DNA of 64,000 bases from Promethearchaeia archaeon (GCA_046483985.1 JAWOCD010000099.1:1-64000), one strand, 5' to 3'; positions 1 to 11,194 are shown, numbered from the stretch's first letter. Made by a program: numbers and translations. The notes: generated by a model from the letters alone, not told the origin.

Positions 1-3000
1 AAAACAACAGCGAGTAAAGATGAAGATGACACCTCAAAGTACGACTCTCCGAGGTCGAGTACTAACGTAAACGTAAGTACATTCAAGATAAATGATACAA
101 AAATATACAGGAATGGAACGTTTTACCTTTTTCAAAACGATACCCTCTTTTTCTCCTTGACAGATCCAGATCTCTCTGGAATTGAGGACTATGACGTGAA
201 TATTACTGTAGAACATGAAAGCGAAGATATCACAATAGACCTCGACAGTTCAGATAATAAGGAGTGGAACGCAACTCATAAGTTCGATGTAGCAACTGAT
301 AAATGTGTGTCTTATTTAACTTACAGGAATAATGAAGAAGTGACAAACTTTAACTTTAATCTTGATATTAATAACCCATCTCCTCGGATAGTAAATGTCT
401 GGGGACAAGATAGCAATTTTAATCCGGAATTAACCCCCATCTATGAGAAGGGAATCTATTCTACCTATCGGGGCACTGATTTTAATTTAACCGTGGAAGT
501 TCTCAATAAGGAAGGGGGTATAGATAATGTGGAATTGGATTATACCGATTATAATGAAACTGAGTACACAAAAGAATTGGGTTCCGACGGAAGTAATCCC
601 CCCTTATACAACTACAGTCTCTCCAAGAAAAATGAGGAAATAAGTATTGATTTTAGCGACCCTAATGAATGGAAATCAACAACAAATGACGATGAACTGT
701 ATGAATTCAAATTAAATGCTTCTGACTCGGAAGGGTCTTATGTATTCAAGTTTTTCATTGAGATCAAGAATAAAGCACCGCAAATTGACCAATTTGACTT
801 ATCCAAATCCGAAGAAACCCCAGAGAATTATACCGTCACCGTAGATGCAAACGCCTCGGATCACGAAGATGATAAACTCTATTTTAATAACGATGAAAGA
901 ACCGCAAAATATACCGACCCAGTGGATGAGGTAGATAATAAGGCAGGATGTTATATTAAAAGCGGGGATAAGTCAGACATACAAGAAAACAATTCTGAGT
1001 CTATTGATTTAAACTTCACGGCAAACGAAGGAGGAGAATTGATCATTCATATGGATGTAAACGAGGAGATTAACTTGGATAAAATAGACGCATTTCAAAC
1101 AAAAGTGGTACTCGAAGAAGAGAACTTTAATCCAGAAAATGATTATCCAGAAACTGCGTTATTGGAGATCTATGATTTTGATTCCAGCTCGTGGGAATTA
1201 TTATCCAACCTTTCCTCAGTCTATGAGAAGGAGACCATTGCTAACTCTTCGGCAAACCTTGACAATTCAGCAAACCCATCACATTACTACTCCCCAGATA
1301 ACAAAACGGTAAAACTTAAAATTTCATATAATGATACAGGTGACATAGAACCCAAATTATATTACGTTGATTTAACAACAGAAGTAAAGCGCAGAGAAAC
1401 TTTTTCTCGAATATATCTGAAAGTGTATCATCCTTCAACTCCAACAATTAAAGAGTTGGAAAAGTGGGCTCCAGAAAATGAGGAAGATGATGTAGAGACG
1501 GTTGAATTGATTAACTACTGGGATAATGCCAACGGGCAGTGGTCGTATGAGCATACCATCGATATAGAGGAAAGTAATAATGGGACATGGATGTTCCAAC
1601 TGTTTTGTATGGATCACGGGAGTACGGATTATATCGATCCAATCTGGAAAAATTTCTCGGATTCATATAAGTTTGATGACAATGACATAATATATGATGA
1701 AGAATTTGGAAAAGCATACGCAACACAAATAATTAATTTAGGGGGTAACACAGAGACATTAAATATGACAGGGGCTCCTCAAACGAATTCCACATACGGG
1801 ATGGAGCCGTATCTTGACGATAGTTTCAATATGAGCGTGACTGTTGACGGATATGATAATACAAATGGGGATTTAGATCACATTAATAAGACGGAGGAAT
1901 CATTTGCTTATTCTCCGAGGATTCGGGAAGAGGATATTGATGGAAATGGAACTTGGACAACTGTGGGCCCTAAATATAACCTTTCTGGGAGCATTAGCAA
2001 TACTACTACTCCTGAAAGCGATGTATATTCTTTTCTCTTAGGATCAAACTCTAGTCATACTTATGAAAGTATCGGTATGACTTTTGATTTAGATGATCTG
2101 CAAAAAGAGTGGCTTGAAAAAGATAATATCACGGAAATTAAGGTAAATATTGATAATTGGTTTAACGATACATCCACAATCGATAATGTCTACCTCGAAT
2201 TTCTAAATATAAGTTCCTTGGAATGGATTAATGTCTCTGACGGTTGGGTAGATGATAATTTAAAAACTGAGACTGAAAACGAGCACTTTGAAGGAACTAT
2301 CCTTGCAAAATCTGAGATAGAAGATATTGTCGGAGGAGGGGATGAAATTAGGATGAGACTAAGAATTGACGGTCAAAACAGTACGGATTATAACACCAGT
2401 ATAGATTTTGTAAATATATCGGTGAGCTACAAAAATAATTATCAAGCCTGGCTGCAAATGGATTCCTTCGTAAATGAAGGGGAAAGCTTTAAATTAACTC
2501 CCTATAAAATTGATAGTGATACTATGCAGTATAGCACAATTTTGAATATTTCAAGTGCCGAAGCCGAAATCGATAGATTTAACTTAGGCTTCATGTTTCA
2601 GAATGGGGAATCCAGAATTCTACACGAAGCATTTAGGATGGAGCCCCGTATAACAGATGCAGATAGAGTCCTTAATCAGTATTATAGCTATAATCCTTCC
2701 GAAGAGAATTCTCTGAATGAGAATATGACGTTAAATATCCGAGACGAGCCAATAAGCCTAGAAAAGGATTTTGATATAGACAGGTTCTTATATATTCGGG
2801 GAAGAGATGAGAAATTGGAATTATCGAGTGCTGAAGGAGCCTTGAACCTGAGTAGTTTAGCAGATCACGACAAGCTTGATCTCCGTCTGTATGTAAGAAA
2901 AGGGAGTGAGAAGGCGGATAATTATAAGGAATATACCAGCGACATAGTTGATTCGGACACGGAGTCGTGGGCAAGAGAGATCAGTTTTGATTCTGGTAAT

Positions 3001-4869
3001 CCGTTTTATAGTGAAGGAATTTTTTATTGTTTCTTATATATTCGAGGTCCATATGGGCAAGAATTTAGCACATCCTTAAAGGAATTTCGAATAATCAACG
3101 CACAGCCCGGGGATTTTGAATTTAAAATCGATGACAACGATATAGAAAATATCGACAACAAATCTTATTACCGGAATGAGGATATAAAAATCGACTTCTC
3201 CTTCCACGATTATGATATGACGGAAGAGGAAGCAAAAGCAAAAATATCGGACGTTGTACAAATACGCTTCCAATTAGAAAATAAAACTACCGACACATCC
3301 ACGTGGCTTTATGCAGATTATAGTTCTGATAGCTTTCATAAAAATGATCAGAGATTTGAGTACGAGTTTGAATTAAATATCCCAAGTGATATAACGACGG
3401 GAGAATTCAATAAGAGTTATTATAATTGGGAAATATTGGTAAATGATTCCAATGACGACGTTCAGAGTCAATTATCCTTTTTCAGTTATAATGATACGGA
3501 ATTTATCGTAAAAAATAATCCGCCCTCAATATCAAACCTTCAAACCAATTTTACGGATGATCAAATTTATCGGAATAATGAGATTGATCTTTCGTTCAAT
3601 ATTGAGGATGATGACGCGCTAATAGAGCCCAATTTGTTAAATGTTACTTACTTTAATATATCCGCACCAGAACCAGACCAAGATGAAGTCATTGAAGATA
3701 ATACAACTATTAAATTCAACGGCACTCACAGATTTTATAACTATTTTGCTGAACGCAATGCTAGCTTGGGAATCTACAATATTTCTGTGAAGATAGAGGA
3801 TTCAGACGGACGTGCGGCGTATGATGAGACTCACTTCGTAGTTCTTAATAATATTCCGGAAATAAAGAGAATTAGATACCATTCAAATAATTTAACAGAA
3901 GCTTATGAGAACAAAAGCATATACCGTAATCTGGATAATGAGTCAAAATATGAACCCGTTACTTTCAATGTCACCATCTCAGACGTCGAAGATTCATGGT
4001 TAGATGACAACAGAACTTCTGAAGCTTATTTAATTTTAAAACATGAAGACTCCTATGTTGACGATATAGAGAAAGTCTCTCCAAACTTAGAACCTATCAG
4101 GATAGATCTCAACAATAGTGAGGCAGGTAAAGACTCAAATGGACATAATGAAACATGGGAAGGAAGCTATCAATTTAACAATACCAATAACGTCAACGGA
4201 GAGAAATTATTCGCGGGTAAATTAGAAATCTCGGTCTATGTAAACGATTCTGACGGTGGATTCACGGGAAAGAGGGGGGAGGAGAAAGACCATGTAATTA
4301 TTATGAACCATGCTCCTCAACTCCACAATGTTAAACTGGATGAATTCGGGATGGAAGAAGAAAACACTTATTACTATAAAAATGAAGTAAAAATCGGAGA
4401 GGACATAGATGTTCATATTTTCGTTTCAGATAAAGAAGGATTGAGATTCATAAAACTTACGTATAAACCGAGAATCGGAGTAAATGCACTTCCCGAACCC
4501 CAAGAATTTGTTTATTATTATGAAGAAAATTGGACTCACGAAGTAATTGAAGGAGTAGAGGTTTACACAATAACAATCGAAGCAGATTCTCTTCCTGATG
4601 AGACGGTAGGTCTAGAGGTGGACAAAATTGCCGTTTATGATACAGATTATAGCTATAAGCCGGATAGTAAATACGGAAAGACTGCTGAAACTATAAGTGA
4701 TTTTGGCGATAATGAGGTAATTGAGATTACTGGTGTTGAAGTCGAAGAAACAGAACCGTGGGTGTTATGGATCTTAACCGGTATAGGAATTGTGGCTTTA
4801 ATCGGTGCAGTCATCGGCGGTATCTATTATTATCAGAAAAAAACAAGTTGGAAACGGTTCTTAGACTAA
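1..4869 (+). CDS. Very large acidic cell-surface glycoprotein with Ig/cadherin-like repeats and a C-terminal membrane anchor (5'-truncated by the window edge)
   Basis: Frame 1 is open from base 1 (KTTASKDEDD...) into the 157..4869 ORF. It is D/E/N-rich with many N-x-S/T sequons, recurring N-x-x-P-x-I...D-x-D/E units (NNPSPRI, KNKAPQI, KNNPPSI, LNNIPEI, MNHAPQL), and a C-terminal TM helix WVLWILTGIGIVALIGAVIGGIYYY followed by a basic tail. Confidence 0.8.
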   Translation, partial: KTTASKDEDDTSKYDSPRSSTNVNVSTFKINDTKIYRNGTFYLFQNDTLFFSLTDPDLSGIEDYDVNITVEHESEDITIDLDSSDNKEWNATHKFDVATDKCVSYLTYRNNEEVTNFNFNLDINNPSPRIVNVWGQDSNFNPELTPIYEKGIYSTYRGTDFNLTVEVLNKEGGIDNVELDYTDYNETEYTKELGSDGSNPPLYNYSLSKKNEEISIDFSDPNEWKSTTNDDELYEFKLNASDSEGSYVFKFFIEIKNKAPQIDQFDLSKSEETPENYTVTVDANASDHEDDKLYFNNDERTAKYTDPVDEVDNKAGCYIKSGDKSDIQENNSESIDLNFTANEGGELIIHMDVNEEINLDKIDAFQTKVVLEEENFNPENDYPETALLEIYDFDSSSWELLSNLSSVYEKETIANSSANLDNSANPSHYYSPDNKTVKLKISYNDTGDIEPKLYYVDLTTEVKRRETFSRIYLKVYHPSTPTIKELEKWAPENEEDDVETVELINYWDNANGQWSYEHTIDIEESNNGTWMFQLFCMDHGSTDYIDPIWKNFSDSYKFDDNDIIYDEEFGKAYATQIINLGGNTETLNMTGAPQTNSTYGMEPYLDDSFNMSVTVDGYDNTNGDLDHINKTEESFAYSPRIREEDIDGNGTWTTVGPKYNLSGSISNTTTPESDVYSFLLGSNSSHTYESIGMTFDLDDLQKEWLEKDNITEIKVNIDNWFNDTSTIDNVYLEFLNISSLEWINVSDGWVDDNLKTETENEHFEGTILAKSEIEDIVGGGDEIRMRLRIDGQNSTDYNTSIDFVNISVSYKNNYQAWLQMDSFVNEGESFKLTPYKIDSDTMQYSTILNISSAEAEIDRFNLGFMFQNGESRILHEAFRMEPRITDADRVLNQYYSYNPSEENSLNENMTLNIRDEPISLEKDFDIDRFLYIRGRDEKLELSSAEGALNLSSLADHDKLDLRLYVRKGSEKADNYKEYTSDIVDSDTESWAREISFDSGNPFYSEGIFYCFLYIRGPYGQEFSTSLKEFRIINAQPGDFEFKIDDNDIENIDNKSYYRNEDIKIDFSFHDYDMTEEEAKAKISDVVQIRFQLENKTTDTSTWLYADYSSDSFHKNDQRFEYEFELNIPSDITTGEFNKSYYNWEILVNDSNDDVQSQLSFFSYNDTEFIVKNNPPSISNLQTNFTDDQIYRNNEIDLSFNIEDDDALIEPNLLNVTYFNISAPEPDQDEVIEDNTTIKFNGTHRFYNYFAERNASLGIYNISVKIEDSDGRAAYDETHFVVLNNIPEIKRIRYHSNNLTEAYENKSIYRNLDNESKYEPVTFNVTISDVEDSWLDDNRTSEAYLILKHEDSYVDDIEKVSPNLEPIRIDLNNSEAGKDSNGHNETWEGSYQFNNTNNVNGEKLFAGKLEISVYVNDSDGGFTGKRGEEKDHVIIMNHAPQLHNVKLDEFGMEEENTYYYKNEVKIGEDIDVHIFVSDKEGLRFIKLTYKPRIGVNALPEPQEFVYYYEENWTHEVIEGVEVYTITIEADSLPDETVGLEVDKIAVYDTDYSYKPDSKYGKTAETISDFGDNEVIEITGVEVEETEPWVLWILTGIGIVALIGAVIGGIYYYQKKTSWKRFLD

Positions 4870-4887
4870 AAAAATAAGAACTTTTTT

Positions 4888-6402
4888 TTATAATTTTATT
4901 TCTTTCTTTTTTATTTTTTCTTTCAAGATCTCAGGCAATTCTGGGATTTTAACTCTGATTTGGTCCATGGTATCGCGGTCCCGGATTGTCACCGCGTTGT
5001 CGTCCAGTGAATCATAATCTATAGTGATACAGAAAGGTGTTCCCAATTCGTCTTGTCTCCGGTATCGTTTTCCAATAGAGCCACTTGAATCAAACACCGC
5101 AATAATTTGGGAGTCTAACAATTTTTCATATACTTGGCTGGCTAAGTCCACAATTTCCTCCTTATTGCTCACTAAAGGAAAAACGGCAACGGAATTGGGT
5201 GCTAATCGAGGGCTTAATTGCAAATTTATCCGCTTCTTTTTCACATTAAAAGACAGTTCTAAGAGCGTATAGATGATTCTGTCGATCCCGAACGCAATCT
5301 CTAGTATTTGGGGTATTTCTTTTTCCTTTGCATCATGTTCCATCAATACTTTATGTTTCTTTAATTGGTTCGAAAACTCTCCGTGCCTTCGAAGGTCATA
5401 GTCCGTTCTGTCATGAATCCCGCAAATCTCAACCCAGCCAAATTGCTCCGTTTGGATTTCTAAATCCCATGCATCATCAGCATAATGCGCACGTTCATTG
5501 GGCGAGTGTTGTCGTAATCTGATTTTCTCTAGAGGGATATCAATTGCACGTGTAAGGTAATAGCCCACGTATATGCAATAAGCGTACGCGGGTTTTTTAA
5601 GAATTCCTTGGTTTACTGCCTCATCCAGCGAAACCATTTCCGGTGCATCGACATTTTGTTCTTGCAATGTCCAATTTAGTAAGGGAAGTTCGTTATCCTT
5701 GATTTCATGAAAGTCCGGAAAGTTCATCTCCTGTTCCTTGCTAATGAACAGCTGAAGTTCGAACTGGTCAAAAGAACGCATTCTCAAGACCATTTGGCGG
5801 GGGGATATTTCATTTCTATAGGCTTTTCCGTATTGGAATACTTTTATCGGGTATTGTCTGCGAGCAATTCGGTGAAGTCGGTTAAAAAGAAGATACGTCG
5901 TGGTTGCCGTTTCTGGTCTAAGATAAGCGGTTTCATCGTTTCCAACCTCTGTTTTAAGCATAAGATTATACTCAGAAATCTCCCGAAAGGGGGTCTCACA
6001 ATTCGGACAGTTTATATTATGTTTTTTAATTAAGGTCTCCATCTCGCCAAAGGATAACCCATCAATCATGAGGTCAGGAAGTTGTTTTTTCAAGAATTTA
6101 TCCGCACGGAAAATACTTTTGCAGTTTTCGCACTTAAGTATGGGGTCGATAAATCTTTCTAAATGTCCAGACGCTTCCCATACCCTTTCGGGCATCACAG
6201 TCGGGCATTCAACCTCTCCGAACCCCATAATTCGTAATTCCTTCCGGAAAAGGGTTAAAATATTATTTTTTAATGCCATTCCGGCGGGTCCGTACGAGTA
6301 AAAACCCGCTAATCCACCGTAAAGTTCGGGTGACGGGCCCCAAATAAAGCCTCTGCGTTTAAGTAATGAATTAAAGGTGTCTATATTATCTTCGATTTTC
6401 AT
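4888..6402 (-). CDS. glyS: Glycine--tRNA ligase (archaeal/eukaryotic alpha2 type)
   Basis: KRRGF...YGGLAGFYSYGP, LRPETA, GKAYRNEISPRQ, ERAHYA, and the anticodon-binding domain SGSIGKRYRRQDELGTPFCITID. Confidence 0.97.
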   Translation of the reverse strand: MKIEDNIDTFNSLLKRRGFIWGPSPELYGGLAGFYSYGPAGMALKNNILTLFRKELRIMGFGEVECPTVMPERVWEASGHLERFIDPILKCENCKSIFRADKFLKKQLPDLMIDGLSFGEMETLIKKHNINCPNCETPFREISEYNLMLKTEVGNDETAYLRPETATTTYLLFNRLHRIARRQYPIKVFQYGKAYRNEISPRQMVLRMRSFDQFELQLFISKEQEMNFPDFHEIKDNELPLLNWTLQEQNVDAPEMVSLDEAVNQGILKKPAYAYCIYVGYYLTRAIDIPLEKIRLRQHSPNERAHYADDAWDLEIQTEQFGWVEICGIHDRTDYDLRRHGEFSNQLKKHKVLMEHDAKEKEIPQILEIAFGIDRIIYTLLELSFNVKKKRINLQLSPRLAPNSVAVFPLVSNKEEIVDLASQVYEKLLDSQIIAVFDSSGSIGKRYRRQDELGTPFCITIDYDSLDDNAVTIRDRDTMDQIRVKIPELPEILKEKIKKKEIKL

Positions 6403-6607
6403 TTTAACTCAAAAATAGTTTCTTAGTAGGTTAATGAATTATTAATTGCTTTTTACTTTTTCCCACGTAAATGGAGAAGAATTATCTATGTACGAGTACA
6501 AATTACTCAGAAATTTATTCTTTTATGAAAAAATAAATTTTAATATAATCAATAGTAATATAATATAATAATAAATTATAATTAAAATAACTAAAGCAAA
6601 TTTTAAC

Positions 6608-7468
6608 GTGTTACTTATGATTTTTGGAGAACCGAGTTTTCAATATTTCGGTTATTTCGATGCCATTGAATCGGGCTTATATTTTGTGATTGTTGGGTAT
6701 TATTTTCTTTTATTTGCCTACTTCTTATTGATGAGGTTTCGAATCAGTAAAAAATTATACTGGCTATTCTTCTCATTGTTATTCTTATGGCTTGCTGCGG
6801 GTCGTGTATTCTTTATTATCTATTATTTTTTTGTCCCCGAATTCAATCTCTCAAATGTCGAGATTGTGAATAATCTAATGCTTTATTATCGGCTTGCTAC
6901 CTTTTGCACGTGGATGGGTATCTCCATGATTATGGGCGTGTTAGGCGTTTTATTATTCCCCCTCGAAGCAGAGGTAGGAGAAAAAATTGATAAGGAACAA
7001 AATGATAAAAAATTTGTTCTTACATCAAGAAGAAAACTCTATATTCGAATCATTCTTATTATTATACCTATTGTTGTGGGTATCCTTGTTTTATTTATCC
7101 CGTCTGAATTTTTGATGGATCCGAACTTTGTGACAAAATATAATATTGATATTGATTTAGCAACTATAAAAATCGCGGATTGGTCGTATCCAGTGGGAAG
7201 ATTTGTTTTAAATTTCATCCTCTTGCCATTACTAGTTACAATCATTCCAATTGTCTATATCTATCTTGCATGGAAAACTTTTGGAGTTCTCCGTCGTTCC
7301 TATGCATTAAATGCTGTAGGCTTTTTGATTTATTTCACAGGAAGGATAGGTCAAGGAGTTTTAACAACAATAGGAGCTGTACATACTGCAGCGGTATTAC
7401 CTCCGTTATTCATTTTACTTTCTTTATTGATATTGGTTCTGGCAAATAATATAGAACAGCTAAAATAA
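6608..7468 (+). CDS. Polytopic (about 7 TM) membrane protein of unknown function
   Basis: About 7 hydrophobic segments. The C-terminal LRRSYALNAVGFLIYFTG resembles the equivalent part of the 20130 ORF. Confidence 0.75.
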   Translation: MLLMIFGEPSFQYFGYFDAIESGLYFVIVGYYFLLFAYFLLMRFRISKKLYWLFFSLLFLWLAAGRVFFIIYYFFVPEFNLSNVEIVNNLMLYYRLATFCTWMGISMIMGVLGVLLFPLEAEVGEKIDKEQNDKKFVLTSRRKLYIRIILIIIPIVVGILVLFIPSEFLMDPNFVTKYNIDIDLATIKIADWSYPVGRFVLNFILLPLLVTIIPIVYIYLAWKTFGVLRRSYALNAVGFLIYFTGRIGQGVLTTIGAVHTAAVLPPLFILLSLLILVLANNIEQLK

Positions 7469-7602
7469 AAACAATATTATTATTTCTGCTTCTTTTTTTT
7501 ATCTCTTTGATAAAATAAAATATTTAAATTGAGAGATCATACAATTTTATATACTTTTTAATTTTAATGAGATTTATACATAAATGAGAAAAATAATGGG
7601 GC

Positions 7603-9252
7603 TTGATAATAGATTTGTCAATTCATGGTGATCAATACCTTTCGAAGTATTTCATAAGAAAAGATTCCAAATTACCTCCTGTTACGTTGGCTAGTAATGA
7701 TGAGTTAACACTCGCCTTCTATTTGCTATCAAAAGACCTAAAAGAGGAGGAAAAAATCATTTCATTTTCTCGCCTTATATGGCCCTTTTTGAGTATCCAA
7801 GGGGTAATTTCTACGCATATTATTCTGGACGGACTGAATCTCTTCTCGAAGAGGGGAAAATATACCAATCCACCTCGAAAACCACTAATTGGTCATATAA
7901 TGCGCAATGTAGATCAACGGAATAAATCCGAGATATTAGAAAGAATTATTGAAGTGCTAACATATGAAGATACTGAAGCAGAAGAAGTAAGTGCGGGGGA
8001 AGAATCAGAATTTAAAAGATTAAATATTGAAAACTTAACAAATCCTGAATTTTGTAGCGGATTAATGGAATTGATCCCAAAAATTGAAATGCATTCCATT
8101 AAAGAATACGCCCAGTTAGATACGGCACTAACGACAGATAATGCTTTAGATATATCCGAAAAGTTTCGAAATACCGTCCAAGAGATGAAGGATAATGCAT
8201 TCCGCTGGGAAAATCTTATTGAATTGATCAGTGAGAAAGTGGATAAATGGCTTATAGACTTAAATGTAGAATTAAAAGACGTTAAATCTCGATTTTCTTC
8301 GAAACTTGATAAAATATCATTGAAAATAGACAACGATCAAATAAAACAACGAATGGCAAGAGAAAGAGATAACATAGACCAATGGAAAGTAAAACAAAAG
8401 AAAAAAATAACCGAAAAGATCTCTCTCATGTTCAAAAACCTAGATAGGGATTTGGAAGAAATCCTCAAAAAAAATCGTGCGTACACGAATGGAACTGGTT
8501 TAAAATCAAAAATCTTTGAAAATTTAGTTCCGGATTTTGAAAGTCATTTAGAATTTCTTAATTCTAAACAAGAAAAATTACAAAATTTAATTAAGAAGAT
8601 TCAAGATGATTTTATAAAATTCAAGGAAGAGGCGGAAGAAGTAGATATCAAAGCTCAAAATCGGCTGGAAGAGAAGGAAAAAAACTTACGTTCCGAATTA
8701 GAGAAGCGAAATCAGAAAATTGAGAAAATCAAACAAGAGAAAAAAGAAGCCATAAAAGGTATTCAAAAAAGAAAGGCTAAGATAGAAAATCTGTATAGTA
8801 GAATTCAAACAATCATCACAGAAAAAAAGGAAGATTGCCTCCGGGAAGCAGCAGACCTCAAAAAATGGGCAATAAAGGATACGGAAGCGGCTCTGTTCTC
8901 AAAGCCAATACGATGGTTCTTTTTGCCGGTTTATGTGATATTTATTGAAAATGAGGACATGTTTGAAGAGCGAATGGAAATCCTCTTTCCAGGATATATC
9001 TCTGATTCCCAACCGATTTATGAGGATGTTTCAAGTGCATTCTCGGAACTTCGAAATTTTATCAATGAAAAAGTGGAAGATAATATGAAATTAAGATCAA
9101 ATTTTGAATTTACTGCCGAAGGAAAGAATTTCGTTGAGGATCCAAATTTTTCAAAAAAAATCCAGAAGGGCTTATCCATTCTCCGCAATAAAAATTTAAC
9201 GAACTCGGAAATTGAGAACACAATTCGTAAAAATCTAAATAGATTATCTTAA
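7603..9252 (+). CDS. Long coiled-coil protein with globular N- and C-terminal domains
   Basis: 549-aa ORF with an E/K/Q/L heptad-rich middle (about aa 180-420). The start codon (TTG) is uncertain. Confidence 0.75.
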   Translation: MIIDLSIHGDQYLSKYFIRKDSKLPPVTLASNDELTLAFYLLSKDLKEEEKIISFSRLIWPFLSIQGVISTHIILDGLNLFSKRGKYTNPPRKPLIGHIMRNVDQRNKSEILERIIEVLTYEDTEAEEVSAGEESEFKRLNIENLTNPEFCSGLMELIPKIEMHSIKEYAQLDTALTTDNALDISEKFRNTVQEMKDNAFRWENLIELISEKVDKWLIDLNVELKDVKSRFSSKLDKISLKIDNDQIKQRMARERDNIDQWKVKQKKKITEKISLMFKNLDRDLEEILKKNRAYTNGTGLKSKIFENLVPDFESHLEFLNSKQEKLQNLIKKIQDDFIKFKEEAEEVDIKAQNRLEEKEKNLRSELEKRNQKIEKIKQEKKEAIKGIQKRKAKIENLYSRIQTIITEKKEDCLREAADLKKWAIKDTEAALFSKPIRWFFLPVYVIFIENEDMFEERMEILFPGYISDSQPIYEDVSSAFSELRNFINEKVEDNMKLRSNFEFTAEGKNFVEDPNFSKKIQKGLSILRNKNLTNSEIENTIRKNLNRLS

Positions 9253-9278
9253 TTTATTTCTTTCCTTTAACAAAAATA

Positions 9279-9947
9279 ATGACCGCTGACTCCAAATTCG
9301 ATCTCAAAAAAAAGAGAATCCGTGCCTTTTTTCAAACTCTCGAGAATCTAGCCAAGCATAAAGATGAGATCGATAAAACCCAAGAGAAATTCATGGAAGA
9401 GGGCCTAATTTATCGGCAAATGACCTTACCGGTTGAGAACATTACAAAAGAATTCGAAGAGAATTTGAAAAAAAAGGTCGAAACAAATATGTTACATGCT
9501 AAAATCAGAAGAGTCACAGATACAGATTTAGATATTTTGAAGGATCTCTATAACCGAGCATGGCTTTCGTCTAATACGCCTTTTCGACCAATTACAGTCG
9601 ATGATTTAGAAAAAGTATATCATGATCCCGATACCATTATTTTTATTGGAAAGGTGTATGGAATGGACGCCGGATTCGTCATACTCGACCGAGAAGGAGA
9701 GGATAACGAATATGGGATCATTGCGGGGCTTGGAGTAATTCCGAGATTCCAAAGAAAGGGACTCGGATTAGTATTAGGGATAAAGGCATGGAATTATTTC
9801 AAGAAGGAAGGGGTAAAAAAGTTAAGGTGTGAAGTTTACAGAGAGAACGAGCGTTCCTATCAGTTTATAAAATCATTGGGATTTCAAGAAACTGGTCAGA
9901 AATCATATACTTCGAAAGATTTTGAATTTCCTACCCCAAATGAATAA
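9279..9947 (+). CDS. GNAT family N-acetyltransferase
   Basis: Acetyl-CoA motif GLGVIPRFQRKGLG and N-x-x-S-x-x-F-x-x-x-LGF. Confidence 0.9.
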   Translation: MTADSKFDLKKKRIRAFFQTLENLAKHKDEIDKTQEKFMEEGLIYRQMTLPVENITKEFEENLKKKVETNMLHAKIRRVTDTDLDILKDLYNRAWLSSNTPFRPITVDDLEKVYHDPDTIIFIGKVYGMDAGFVILDREGEDNEYGIIAGLGVIPRFQRKGLGLVLGIKAWNYFKKEGVKKLRCEVYRENERSYQFIKSLGFQETGQKSYTSKDFEFPTPNE

Positions 9948-9958
9948 GTTATATTCCA

Positions 9959-11194
9959 ATGAGCTCATCAAGAGATAATATAAATGATTTGAATCGACTC
10001 GAATTTGACCAAGCGAGTAGTAAAAAGGATAAAAAGATTAAATCTATTGATTTCCTCAAGGGCTTTTCTATTTGTTTAATTATTTTAGGACATATTTCCA
10101 AAATCTGGATTGATAATGAATGGCTCTGGGTTTATGGTTCAATTTTTATAATATTAGATGTATTCGGTCCATCATTATTTATTTTTCTCTCTGCAATGTC
10201 GATTATATTTTCATTAAGAAAAAAAATGGGTTTTATCCCCAAAAAAAGCGTTCAAAATTCCATCATTCTTAGAGGTTTCATTACTATCGGTTTAGGGTTT
10301 GTGGATAATCTTCTTTCTGTTCATCATGTTCTATTTCCTCTAAACTTATGGGGATGGAATATTTTTATATTTTACGGATTTTCCCAGATCATCAGCTACC
10401 TGGCTTTGAAATTATCAAGAGGGGTTAGAATTGGAATTGGGATCATGGCGATCTATTTTACTCCCTCAATACAGGAGCTTTTATTTATCGGAAAAGAAAT
10501 TGATCCAATAATCGGATTTTTGCATTATATATTTATTTCCCCAGCGCCTCATTTTCCTTTCTTCCCATTTGTTGCTCTTTGCTTTTTCTCGACAGCGTTT
10601 GGAGAGATGTTTTTTGAAGCAACGCTATTAGAGACAGATGAGGCATATATGGATACTTTTCGCACTTTTATAAAATATGGGGTTATCCTTGTTTTAACTG
10701 GTATAGGATTTACATTACTGGGAGGGGAAATGCTTTTAACTACTGAAGATATAAATTTTTATGAGTATCCTTTTATTAATTTATTAGAAATTGTGCAAAA
10801 TCAACCATATTTTAAAGTGCTGGGACTTCCCCGCTTCTTATTGAGAGGTACCTCCGAGTATCTTTTTTATTGTTTGGGAATGATTATGATTATCTTAGGA
10901 ATAAGCTTTTATTGGATAGACATAAAAAAGAAGGTCAATCCCTTTATGAATATGCTCAGTTTTTATGGAAAAGTCTCATTCACACTTTTTATTATTCATT
11001 ATATTAGCATTTTCCTCTATATTCGTTCCTTGAACATACTTCTCTTCTGGGCAGTATGGATTGGATATATTGGATTTTTTGGAGTAACTCTATATATCTG
11101 GCATATATTTGGCAGAGGTAAATATACGCTTGAATGGTTTATGAGACAAATGAAAAGAAAAACAAAGAATAATGAGAGAAACAAATCACCCTAA
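9959..11194 (+). CDS. Membrane acyltransferase, DUF1624/HGSNAT-catalytic-domain-like
   Basis: N-terminal IKSIDFLKGFSICLIILGH, FIFLSAMS, FPFFPF, GKVSFTLFIIH; about 10 TM segments. Confidence 0.75.
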   Translation: MSSSRDNINDLNRLEFDQASSKKDKKIKSIDFLKGFSICLIILGHISKIWIDNEWLWVYGSIFIILDVFGPSLFIFLSAMSIIFSLRKKMGFIPKKSVQNSIILRGFITIGLGFVDNLLSVHHVLFPLNLWGWNIFIFYGFSQIISYLALKLSRGVRIGIGIMAIYFTPSIQELLFIGKEIDPIIGFLHYIFISPAPHFPFFPFVALCFFSTAFGEMFFEATLLETDEAYMDTFRTFIKYGVILVLTGIGFTLLGGEMLLTTEDINFYEYPFINLLEIVQNQPYFKVLGLPRFLLRGTSEYLFYCLGMIMIILGISFYWIDIKKKVNPFMNMLSFYGKVSFTLFIIHYISIFLYIRSLNILLFWAVWIGYIGFFGVTLYIWHIFGRGKYTLEWFMRQMKRKTKNNERNKSP

